Source: Bugula neritina
Lineage: Eukaryota > Animalia > Bryozoa
NCBI GenBank assembly: GCA_964035545.1
Contig: OZ037769.1
Coordinates: forward strand, 5,251,929-5,315,928
Reading direction: 5' to 3'
Length of the DNA stretch: 64,000 nucleotides
In this document: piece by piece, positions 39,815 to 51,800 of the stretch
How the letters are laid out: every line of letters starts with the position of its first letter
Position numbering within the stretch: the first letter of the stretch is position 1
The notes under the pieces: generated by a model
Database searches by the model: none
Seen by the model: only the letters and a program-made list of their open reading frames with translations
What the model was told of the DNA's origin: nothing
Position numbers and translations under genes: made by a program

Positions 39815-41438
39815 GTATATATATGTACATATATGTACATATATAATATTGAATATGTGTATATATTTAATTTCAAATTGCTTTTAAAATTGTAGGAGCA
39901 TATTGTATAAAAAATGTAGCTTCTCTTTAAATGCTATGAGATCTGTTTATGTTTCTAGACCAGCTCATCCCTACATATCTTCAAAAGAGTTTAACGATGT
40001 AAACCGAAGAAATTCAATTCGATTGGCGGAGGTGTGGTTAGATGACTACAAAAGATATTTCTACAAAAGTTTCAACTTTGAACTGGCAAGTCGAAACAGT
40101 ATAATTTAGATCCTCAATATGCTCTAGTGTAGCACTTTAAAATAAACATCTATTATCAAAAAACAACAAATAGATGGTTATAATATTACTCAAATAGTAT
40201 AAAGTGAACAAATTTTGATAGAAAATTTCTTTCTTATATAACTAAAACACTGACAGCGTGTCTTAACAAAACAAGAAATTAAAAAACTAAAGCACTTTCA
40301 AATTGAGTCATATATGTAAGCTAAATAACGTCCAGCCTGCAAAAACATATTTAAATTTCAAATATACTCTGATTATGTCAATTTTATTAATAGCCAATAG
40401 TTTAAATAACCATTTATCAGGCAAACCTTACACACATCAACAGTTGTGTTGCCTACATATTTCAGGGAGATTTTGGTGATGTATCGGAGAGAAAAGCTTT
40501 ACGGAAGCGTTTAAAATGTCAATCATTTGAGTGGTACCTAAACAACATATATCCTGAAAGATTTGTACCTGATGATGCAATATTTAGTGGGCAGGTATAA
40601 TGAGTAGTAACTTTAACACGCTAATTTATTTGAAAGTTTTGTGTTACCTAAAACACTATAATATTTATCTGAGATGATGTAACACCACTCAAAGTATTGA
40701 CGGCTAGGGTGCTTGCTCTCACACACACAGAGTTTTGCATAGAATGATATAGAGTCTTACATTCAAAGTAGCTAGATTTCTGTCCACATACGTAGCCAGA
40801 AAAATTTCCCATTCACATATTTTTTGTAGATCAAGAACAGAGCGACACATACATGTTTGGACAAAGTAATAACCCAACCTGATAATTTGATAGACTTAAA
40901 GCCATGCAACTCAACATTGAAGAGTCAGAGCTGGTTGATGAGCAAGATTGGTGAGATCAGGAGAGAAGAACATTGTATGGAGCACGCAAATAACGAGTTT
41001 GTTTGGACTTTTTTCTGTCACGGGTCGGGATGGCAAATCTGGCAGTATAAAAAAGTTAATTGTTATGCTATTAATTCATATTTCAACTGGCTTAAAAGAT
41101 AAAATAATATATTGCGTGCATTTACTTTGATATGAATCGTCTTCTCTCTTACATTACTATATGGTTCTAACATGAAAACTAGTTCAATAAAGTATATGTT
41201 CCCAGTCTAAATAAAAGATAACAGTATATTGTTGTTTAAGCTACATTAACGTATTGTATTGAGCTGCAATCAGTCACTGTATTGAAGTGTAATGATATGT
41301 ATCAAAAATTTAATTTAGGAGTCTCTTCTCTATAACCAATATTCTGAGAAGTGTTTAGAAGTAGACGCTGAGGGGAGAAATATAATAATGTCTGTTTGTA
41401 ATGCAACCAACACCAGACAACAGTGGGACTGGGTGTGA
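35568..41438 (+). pseudogene. GALNT: GALNT paralogue 3, frameshifted before DxH (pseudogene or assembly error)
   Basis: Exons 35568-35689, 35821-36062, 36653-36806, 37131-37297, 38028-38191 (164 nt versus 165 in copy 2), 38556-38758, 39165-39358 (WEAEH instead of WGGEN), 39959-40085 (GC donor gcaagt), 40466-40594, 40830-41054, 41319-41438. The other exons are open. Confidence 0.8.
39741..39845. repeat. (CA)/(TA)n microsatellite
   Basis: Short CA run followed by a TA run. Confidence 0.93.
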
Positions 41439-42830
41439 AATGTAGCATCATATAAATAAAACAAAAAAAATTTAAAGGTAGCTGTACATTTGATAACAGA
41501 CTGTCGATGGGTTATATTTCTAACCGGTGCTGCTGAAACATTATTATGGTAGATTATCTAAATAATATTGTTATGCACTTTTTTAAATGTGATATGAATT
41601 TTTTCATAGTAGCTTCAGTTATTGTTATTGGATGTGAAAAATTCTAGCTTTAATTATATTACGATGTATTTTGAAGTTATATTCTCCATGATTTTTGAGA
41701 TTTCATATTATATTATTTGTGTTTCCTGTATATAACCAATATTCCTTCTTCTTTTCCTGTGTCTCTTTTAGATATTAATGCCAAAATAGATTGCCTAGTG
41801 TATTATTCTATTTGTATTTAAATAAATCAACAATGCTATACTATTTACTTAAATTGTTTATGTAATGCAGAGTGCCGCAAATCTAATCTCTACTCCATGG
41901 TAAAGTTTAGAAATTGCAGTTGACAATTAACAGAATCACTATAGATAAGAATAGTTCCAGATATTTTTTGTGATACAATATTTTTTAAATTGAATTTTTA
42001 GTCTATCAATTGCTTAACAAATATTGAATGCTAACAAATTGAAAATTGTGCTGTAAAAATAATTTTAAATTAAACCAACAGTTTAAAATTTAAGTATTTA
42101 AATTTCATATAGTTAGTTTTTCAAATGACACTTTATTATGCCTTGCCAGTAAATTAAATAAGTAAACATGTTACAGCTTTTACTAAGCTGAGGATTTTTA
42201 CTAAACAAAGAAATACAAACTCTTTTACTCTGAATGTAAGTTTTAATGACATGTTATTGTGGAAACATATTATATCATTGTTTTTATAAATCTTTTTATG
42301 AATCGCTTGCACATCTCATTATAATCTAACTATATTCTTGCCAACTTGTTAAAGCATATAAGTTCAATAAATATTCAACTAAATAAATATCTATGAATAC
42401 ACCCTGTGCAATATAATAACATATAAAGAGAGCTGGTTTATTCTTCCTCTAACTTGTTATCATTAAATGGATTCTACAGTTATGTTTTTTTCAGTTATTT
42501 TTTGTGTAACTCGCTCTGTTATTTGTTGGTCATTGAGGAAGTTCAAAAGGCAACGAAGGAAAAAGCCTACATGTATATGATTGTGGTATAGGCAAACATA
42601 GCTAGTTTTAGTAGCAATATTGAGCCAACAGGTCTAATAATATGTGACTTCAAACCGATTTGGATCCTGAAACTTTCAAGTTATTTTAAAACAATCTACT
42701 GTGATATAAACTATAAGTAGTTTGTTGGTAGTAATATCAGTGTTTATAGCTATAAGATACTCATGCAAAATTTATATTTATGTATATCAATTTGATAAAG
42801 CATTTTTTTCATAAAGCTTTAGTCAGAAAA

Positions 42831-45800
42831 ATGCTAATTCTCTACATTGTAGTTCTAATACTCAGCATATTGAATCAGCAGGTAAAAACAGGTGAGTTTA
42901 TTTAATATAAATCGTATATCAAATACGATGCGTGTATTTTTTGTTGAAACTAGACATGAGTTTTTTTTAATTTTAATTTTTTTAATTTAATATTAATTTT
43001 AATTTTAGAAATAGAGTGTAGACAACTTCCATTGCCTCTAAGAAACATTCCATACTTGAATATCTCACTAGATTCACCTGGTATTCAAGTCATAAATTCA
43101 ACCTTGACCTTCACATGTAATTCTACTGACTACACTCTAATAGGTGATAGTCAAGCTATTTGCTCAGCAGATGGTGTTTGGTTAGTGGAGAAAACTCCCA
43201 GCTGCCAGCTAAATGGTATTGCAACTTCTGCAATTTCTACAGGTTAGGATGTGTCATAAATTTCTGCTTTTCAATCTATTGGTTATTCATAGTAGACAAC
43301 TATTGCATATAAAAACCAGCAGATTTTTGTGTGAAAGTTAATGTTGCAGGAAACATGAATTCATCAATAATAAAGTTTGTCTAAAATATCAGCAAGCTAT
43401 TGTTATGAATTTATGATTCACTGCAATCAGCGGATCTACTTATTGAAAGCCACTTCACCAGATTTGTAACGAATTGAATAGAGTTTATTTATTGCTAATT
43501 ATACAGAAATAAAAGATACTACAACTAACGCACACTGTTACATAATAGAGAGCTATTAGTACTGACTTTACATTAATACAATCCAGTCCTCTCTGCCGGC
43601 CAAGCTATCAGACAAGCTCCCACTATACATTTGTAGCTCTGCCTACTATTAATTGTTATCTACATCCCATTGGTTGTCACGGTGGTGCCATCATAACGTC
43701 ATGATGCTTATTGCATCATGTTTCGATCAGGTGCAGAGTTATCCTTTCGATATAAAACTAACAAAATAAGAGAATAATGTTGTGCGATGCACAATAGTTA
43801 TGTGGGCTTTCTAGCGAGTCTAATTAGCATTTAGTCACCGATAACTCAAGGGTAGTTTCGATCAGAAGCTTTATTAAATTATATAATGCAATGCAAAAAA
43901 TATCTCTATGTATCACGGAACTTGCTACTTTACATCACTGTAATTACGCTCCAACTAACTACTAACTGTCCTGTATGGCTTAATATGATCGTTAACTATA
44001 ACTCTCTGTGATTGGTAGGGGGTGCGCAGGACGTGTAAACCACGCCCCATTACACCGCCCCCCCCCCAGCAGGAAGCATACCTTCCTGATATTTACCCAA
44101 CAACAAAAAAATAAAACAAAATAAAAAAACAAAAATATAAAATCTGAACATCAGAAATATCACGTATAAGATTGGCATATTCCCAAAAAGAAATTTACAT
44201 ATTTGTGAGCAAAACTACGTGGGGAATGACACAATTTAAACCCACGGTTTATCTACATATTGATATACGAAAGGAAAATATAAAATAATATCCACGTACG
44301 GAGATCATGTAGCACCGAGATCAGATACGGCCGGAAGAGGGATGAGTGTGGAGGGAGAGATAGTGTGTCACCACCTGCAGGTGTGAAGGGTCGGAAGAAG
44401 GGGGGAAGAAAAATAATGTCATTAAGGGTTCAGTCCTGGTCACCTCGCTTGAGCAGAGCCACAGAGGCTTTGAGAGTTTTAAGCTCTGAGGCGGCGGCAG
44501 CTACTCTAGGAGTTAGTCGTTGAACCTCGGCCTCCAAGTCATATATGCGGAGTTCAACTTCTTTTAAGTTGCGAGCGGTGGGAGCATGCCGTTTTGGAGA
44601 GGATGAATGCCAGCGGCGTTTAAGAGAAGGTTGTACAGAAACGGGAGAGGGGGAGCGTCGTTTCCTAGGTATTTCGACTCTCTGGAGGAGGACTCGTGGT
44701 AGGGTGGTGGATCGAGGTACAGTTTGTGCTGGAGGAGAGTGAGGTGGCTTTGCAGACTTCCTGTGTCTGGGGGGTTTTGGACACGGTCCATGAGTGATGA
44801 GGCGAGGGGATGGGAATCCTTGTTTCAGTCGCTCAAAACGGGGGAGATCTTTAATGAAGGGCTTTATTAAGTTGAGGAAGGTAGGGAAGTCATACTGATC
44901 CACGCCATACAGGTGCCCCACGTGGCATTCCAAGGTGCGTTGGTGTCTGAGGATGTAGTCTCTGTGGTAACTGAATTCACCACAGGGACAGAGGGTGGTT
45001 AAGAAGTGTTGCGGTACATGGACGCGCAAACGGCGATGAGTAGAGAAGTGCTGTTGACACAGCCTGCAGGTGGTACATTCATCATGGCCGCGGTGTATCT
45101 GGATCTGTTCTTCTGTTTCTTGTGCGACCCAGCTATGCCGTTGTAGTAGCACGTCTGGCAGGGAGGTGGGAGGTGTTTCGCCATTCCAGGCTAGCTCTAG
45201 TGGTGGCATGTCTCCGTAGTTGGGAGAGCGAGTGGCGTCTAAAAGAGCAGAATTATTGTTAGACTGAAGTTGATCTTTACAGCATAATTCTGATGACAAT
45301 CGACTGTTACTAGTCTGAGAGTCATACATCTTTTTATACGGCACTCGAGAGACTGTGTCAGAACGTGTAAACTGACTGAGAGACATAGTATCAAGCTCCA
45401 GATCTAGTAGATCGTCCGCCATTACTATGTCCTCGTCGTCATTCACGTGAGACTCTGTCTCCAGTAACTGTGATTCAATCAGATCGATTAAATCAGAGTT
45501 GACTGAGGTGAGATCTATTTCCATTAGTGGAGGTGTTAGATCTAGGCAAGCTTACCTTGGAACTCGGTATTTGTACTCATACTCGACGTTCAAGCTTGGA
45601 TGTGGATGGATTAAAAAGCACGTCTACTCTTGACCGCGTCAGCGTAGGAAAAGGCTGGACAGCGTGTTTGTTGTGCAAGACCGGAACTGTGTGCCCGGGG
45701 AGTGGTAATTCCACTCGCTATTCCGTTTTCGCAAAACTTGGTTTTTCCGTGGTGTTCATAACTTCCACGCTTTGCTGCCAGTCTTTCCGTACGGCGCCCA

Positions 45801-48800
45801 GCTAGACTCTCATACCTGCCGCTTGTAACGCGGTCGCATACGAAGTCTTGGAGATAAGCTGGGGGTCGTCTAGTACGTTGTTCCCTTTCAAGGGGGGAGA
45901 TGTACTAGTGGTAGAAGCTGGAGAAGGTGGGGTAACTGGTGAGGGAGGTGGTGTACTCACCAGTGGGTTGTTACACTCTACTGGTGGTGTTTCCTGCCTC
46001 CCGTCGGTTGTCATTCCCTCCTCCCTTCTGTTCTCTCCGGACGGAGCCCCTCCCGGGGGGGGGTTTGCACTTCCGGAAGTATATTTAGTTCCGGAAGTGG
46101 TGGTGGTAGCCTTGGGGCCGGACGGCTTGGCGCTGGGGGCAGGGGGCACGTCCCCGTTGGAGGGGGTGGCCTCTCTTGCCTTGCCAAGTCTTCTGTCCGT
46201 GGCATGACCCACTCATCATTGGGTTTATGCCGCCGCCGCCCGCGCATCGTTGTCTGCCTCCTGGGCTCTACCAATGGGGGGGCATCCCCTGCCGCACCTG
46301 GGCTAGCCCAATAGGGTTTCAAGCGGGCTTCATTCTGGACAAATATCTGTCCAGACCGCTCCAGCTTGTAAGTATGATTGGGCATTGCCTCAACTACTAC
46401 GTAGGGTCCTACGAACTTAGGCTGTAGTTTAGCCGCCTGTCCTCGATGCCTACGGTAGTTGATCATCCAGACCCAGTCTCCAGTTTGGTAGAGGGGTGGC
46501 TCGTCAGCGTCTTCCTGTCGCACCTGCCACTGCTTCTCCCACAGTATTTCGTGTGCGACTCTCAGACGCTCTATTAATTCCGCAGCGTACTCGTGGACAG
46601 AGTACTCTGGCTCCGGAATATGATAGGTGAGGTGGTCGGGCACTCGTGTCTCACAACCGAGTGTCAAGAGGTTGGGGGTCTCGCCGGTGCTGGTATGTGG
46701 TGTGCTGCGGTAGGCCCGCATGACCTGTGGTAAGACAAGATCCCACTCCTCCTAGCCTCGGCCGAGTAGTAGACTGCGGAGTGCATCGCCCAGCATCCGG
46801 TTGTTGCGTTCGACCACCCCGTTACCCTGGGGGTGGTATGGAGTGGTCCTACTTTGATTTACTCCCCAGAGGCGACAGAGGTCGCTCATCAGTTGAGACT
46901 GGAATTGCGACCCCTGATCCGAGTGTAGTTGCTCGGGCAGCCCAAAGTAGCAGAACACACGCTGGTTTAGTGTGCTGGCCACTGTCGGGGCAGAGGCATC
47001 CGGGATGGCCAGCGCGTCGGCCCACCTAGTGAAGTGGTCGGTCAGCACTAGGATCCAACTGTTTCCTCTAGGGGTGATGAGCATGGGTTCGACCAAGTCA
47101 ACAGCTACCACCTGCCAGGGCCTGCCAGCATACAGCCTATGTCGTCCCGCTTCTCCAGGGGGACGGCCATGCTTGCTGGCCTGGCAGATTTCGCATTGCT
47201 TGATCCTTAGTCGGACGTCACGCTCCATGTTGGGCCAATACCACTGGAGCCTTAGCTTGGTAAGCACCCTCCGGACTCCGGCGTGAGCTTGCCGGTGAGT
47301 GTCCCATATTAGCTCCCGGCGCATGGCGGCTGGGCAAATCACCCGTTCTCGACCGGGATGTCCCCGGTCGGCGGCCAAGGTGATGGTCAGCATACCATCT
47401 GGCCCGATCCGCAGAGAGTCCCAGCGTTGGCAGTACACCCGTAATTCGGCGCACCCCTGCCGCAGCTGTTCTTCGCTGGGTCGTCGCCCCTCTCGTTTAG
47501 CTCGATATATGTCGGCTACTACCCCAGGGAGGTCCTCCTGGAGTTTCTGCAGCTCCCTGACATTAGGAGCTAAGACAGGGTTGGCTCGGAGATTGTTGAC
47601 AGCCTCCGGTGGGTTGGGAATCCTTGGTTTGAGTTGACCTTGGTCCCAGTCGTAGCTCACTCCAGGGTGGTCCAGTGTCGCCAACTCGGATCTTGGGGAA
47701 CCCCCATCCCTTCTCTCGATGTTGTGACACTGTTTACACCCCTCGTCCGGCCGACTCAGTCCGTCCGCATTGCCGTGTTTCCTACCGGGTCGATGTTCGA
47801 TCCGGTATGAAAACTCGGCCAGGACTTCGAGCCATCGGGCTACCTGGCTGGACGGTTCAGCTCTTTTACACAGCCAAATCAAGGAGGCGTGGTCCGTCCG
47901 CAAGCGGAATGGCCTATCGTAAAGATAAGGCCGGAAGTGTTTCACTGACTTGATTACTGCCAATAACTCCTTGCGGGTAGTGCAGTAATTGCGCTCAGGG
48001 GGTGAGAGCGATTTGCTATAGTAAGCTACGACTACTACACGGTCCTCTTGCACTTGCGACAGCACAGCACCAACGTTCTGGTCACTGGCGTCCGTGTCAA
48101 GAACGTACTCCAGAGCGGGGTCTGAGTAGGCCAGAATTGGAGCTTCTAGCAAGCGGCTCTTGAGACTGTCGAATGCCCTTTGTTCGACGGATGGCCACTG
48201 CCAGGCCACCCCCTTTGCGGTGAGCCGATTTAACGGCTGTGCAACCCCCGCAAAGTCTGGTATGTATTGTCTATAATACCCTACCAGCCCCAGGAAGGCC
48301 CGGAGTCCAGTCAAGTCCTGGGGGGTGACCCAGTCGGCCACAGCCCGCACCTTGTCGGGGTCCATCGCCACGCCATTACGGCCGACTACGTGCCCCAGGT
48401 ACTTCACCTCCGGCTGCAAAAGAGCTTGAGACCGGCACCTCGGAGTCGCTCGAAGACCTCCCGCAGACGACTGACATGGGTCGTAAAGTCTGACGAGCAG
48501 CGTCTTCCAGTGGAGGCCGCTGAGAACCTGTTCCATGAGCCGCTGAAAGGTAGCAGGAGCGGAAGTTAACCCGAAGGGCAGTACCTTCCACTTCCACAGC
48601 CCATCTCTGGTGATGAACGCCGCTTCCTCCTGGGCGTCGGGACTGAGGGGGACTTGCCAGTAGCCACTCAGCAAGTCTAAAGTACTGAAGTACTTGCTGC
48701 CGGCTAAGGCGTCCAGGGATTCGTCGATCCGAGGTAGAGGGTAGGCGTCCTGTATGGTTACGCTATTAAGTTTGCGGTAATCCACACAGAACCGCCAACT

Positions 48801-51800
48801 GCCGTCTTTCTTTCGGACGAGAACGACCGGCGAGCTCCACGCACTATGTGCAGGCTCTATGAGGCCTTGGTCCAGAAGATCCCAGACTTGTCGACTGACC
48901 TCCTTCTTCGGCCCCAGTCTCCTAGTGGGTTGGCAGATAGGAAGAGTCCCGGCAGCTAGCGGTATCTCGTGACGGACGGCTCTAGTCAGGCCAACGTCCT
49001 GGTCTCCGCTGCTGAACACGTCCCCATACTGGCGCAGCAACTGGGCCATAGCTTGGCGCTCCTTGTTGCTCACGCAGCCTTCACAGGCTGACTGGTATAG
49101 TTCTTGGACGTGTTCCGGGACGGTCCCCCGCCGTACAGACGGGCGCTCTTGGGGACCCTCCGTCGCCTCGCCCAGCGACGACCCTATGTCTCCCTCTTGG
49201 ACCGTGTGGAAACGGCCCAGTAGGGATCCGGATGGTAGTGTCACCGACTCTGAAAAGAGGTTGATACACTGCACCAAGATCTCCCCTCGGTCAGTCAGTC
49301 GGTTCAAGCTACTGGCCAGTTAGATTCTCTTGTGCGTTCCTTCAACGACCCCTAATCCAGAGAGTTGGCGGTCATTCACCCTGCAGTGAATGGTCGCCCG
49401 GGAGCGGCCGGGTACTGTACAGTTGCATACCACTTGCACGCCCCCGACCAAGGGACGGCCGAACCTATCGACACAGGAAAATTCCCGGCCTGCCATTAGT
49501 ATGGCGGACTTATGGAATTCCATATGGCATTGGTGTCGCTTCAGGAACGGCGTCCCCAGGATGGCATCTTCTTCTAGCTGGCTGAGGATGAAGGTTTCTT
49601 AGATGGCCTGGTCGCGGACGCGACCAGGCAGCTCTACAACACCGTAGAAGGGAATATGCGACCCGTCTGCAAGGGTGCCAGGTTCCCCGGTGTAAGGAGC
49701 TAGTTCCTTCCTCACCTGGAGAGGGAGGGCATCGAAGACTCGTCTGCTGAGGATATTCGTGTTGCAACCGGAGTCTAGCAAGAATGTGACAGCCTTGCCG
49801 GCTACCTTCCCGGGTAAGAAGTAGCTCTCTCCGTGTGGTTGCAACCTTACTTCCCCAGCATGCGCAGTCTCGGCCAAACGGCGTGGTACCCGTTTGGTGG
49901 TCTGCTGGTGCCGCCTCTTCGGCGGAGGGGTGTTCATTTCCTCTCCGATGTCCCGAGGGACCTCGCCGGCCAGCTCCGTTTCCGGTAGCTGGCTGAAGCG
50001 GTTGGTGATTGGTAGCCTGAACGGTTCCCGCCGCCCGTTGGGATGGCTGGTCCGTCGTGGTGTCTGCCATTCACGGGGTGCGTCCCGTGGTTGCTCTCTC
50101 TTTGGCCCGTGAGGCCTTCTTCTGGATTGGGGGTCTCTGAAGCGGGGAGGCTCTGACTTGCCGCCTTTCTCACCCCGAGTAGTCCTCTCTGAGGTCTCTC
50201 CCTTCGGTCCTCTGTTGGGGGGCCCGGCATCGGTGAGGGTCTTCGCCATCTGCTTCAACTTGATGCTCAGCCGGCCCATCTTGTCCCCTAGCAACTGAGC
50301 GACCTCCGCAGTGACTCGCGTGCCTCTTGCTTTCTCCGTATATAACCGCTCGGCCCGGAGATAGTCTTCCCCGACTTGCAGGGCACTTTCTATGGTGGTC
50401 ACTCCCTTCGCCTGTAATTGATGGTAAAGGCCCACATTTTCAAGGGACTGCATGAAGTCAATGAGAGTAAAGTTCTGTCGGTGTGTTTCTGGCAGGTCGC
50501 TGTACGCGCTCCGTGCCAGTCTCTTCACTAAGGCAACGTGGTCGCGGAGGGGTGTGTCTTCCGCCTGGCGTAGTACTTGCAGGCAGGCCCTGGCTTCCAG
50601 GGCGGAGGTGCCAAAACGGCTCCGAAGTGCATTGAATATCTCCGCCACGCTCCGTCCCTGTCCGAACGGTCTAGCGCGCTCCGTCAATACTTCCCGCAGT
50701 TTGATGAGGGCTACTTGTGGCGGCCACTGAGCGACGTCTGTTACTTCATGGAATTCTTGGATGAATTGTTCTACATCTTCCGTACCCGTGAAGGTGGGAG
50801 CGGTCAATCTATCTCTATACGCCTCCTCCATGTATAAGAAATTGACTGGCTTACCTCCTGGGTCTTCTGTTGTATGTTCTGTCATATTTCCCGTCTTTTC
50901 ATTGTCTTGGCTAGAAAAATCCCACCGCTGCCACCACTGTTGTGCGATGCACAATAGTTATGTGGGCTTTCTAGCGAGTCTAATTAGCATTTAGTCACCA
51001 ATAACTCAAGGGTAGTTTCGATCAGAAGCTTTATTAAATTATATAATACAATGCAAAAAATATCTCTATGTATCACGGAACTTGCTACTTTACATCACTG
51101 TAATTACGCTCCAACTAACTACTAACTGTCCTGTATGGCTTAATACGATCGTTAACTATAACTCTCTGTGATTGGTAGGGGGTGCGCGTGACGTGTAAAC
51201 CACGCCCCATTACACTAATACCAAATCTTTACACTATCAACACCAGTGAGAGCTGTAAATCTTAATACAAATTGAATACTTTATAACAATATTATACTGA
51301 ATTTCCTGAATCATTGATACTGTAGGTTGTATTCAGTAAATAAGCATAGTATGACCGGTTGCTATGCACTTTGTTTGCAATCTAATTAGAAAAAAGTTTG
51401 TAATAACCATGGCTCATTACAGTTACTAGATGTGAAAACATGGGGGACTTGAAACAAGACCCCAACTTGATTATCTCTACGTCATCTGGTGGTGAACTCA
51501 CAGTGGGAAGTGTTATCTCCTTCTCATGTGACACGAGTAAGTTCTTGTTAGTTGGTGATATACAAGCTGTGTGCACCTCAGAAGGAAAATGGAGTGTCAG
51601 CAATCCTCCACAGTGTCTTCCTTTACCAACTTCTACAAACTCTGTTACAGTCTCAGGTGAGTAGCTCAGTGCATATAGATGCTTCTGATCTCAGTTATGC
51701 GACATCAGCTGTTCAAAAGTTCATTTTCATTTACAATTGCAAATTAACTTTATCTCAAAATCAATTATCAATGTGAAAATATGGTTAAGCATCAAAAAAC

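Larger units (their letters stand above)
43778..51214 (-). mobile_element. Full-length young Ty3/Gypsy LTR retrotransposon (element G3), defective
   Basis: Two 277-bp LTRs with 5 differences; PBS 50919-50936; PPT 44055-44067; gag-PR-RT-RH-IN; extra zinc-finger ORF. Lies in intron 2 of receptor A. The 4-bp flanks ataa/ctaa are an imperfect TSD. Confidence 0.97.

Noticed and set aside
40086-40091. GC donor as a disabling mutation of GALNT copy 3
   Set aside because: G|GCAAGT fits the normal GC-AG intron consensus.
44430-45524. ORF3 as an env gene
   Set aside because: It has no signal peptide, fusion peptide or TM segment; it has zinc fingers and a coiled coil instead.
45522-45526. TAATG stop-start overlap at the unspliced ORF3 ATG
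   Set aside because: That frame already stops at 45538-45536, so the TAA ends no real upstream ORF.
50886-50954. gag start at 50954 as given in the ORF track
   Set aside because: It lies in the LTR/PBS; ATG 50885 is more plausible.
45527-50994. Many short + strand ORFs inside G3 (and the antisense ORFs in G1 and G2)
   Set aside because: They are shadows of GC-rich gag-pol coding sequence with no recognisable motifs.
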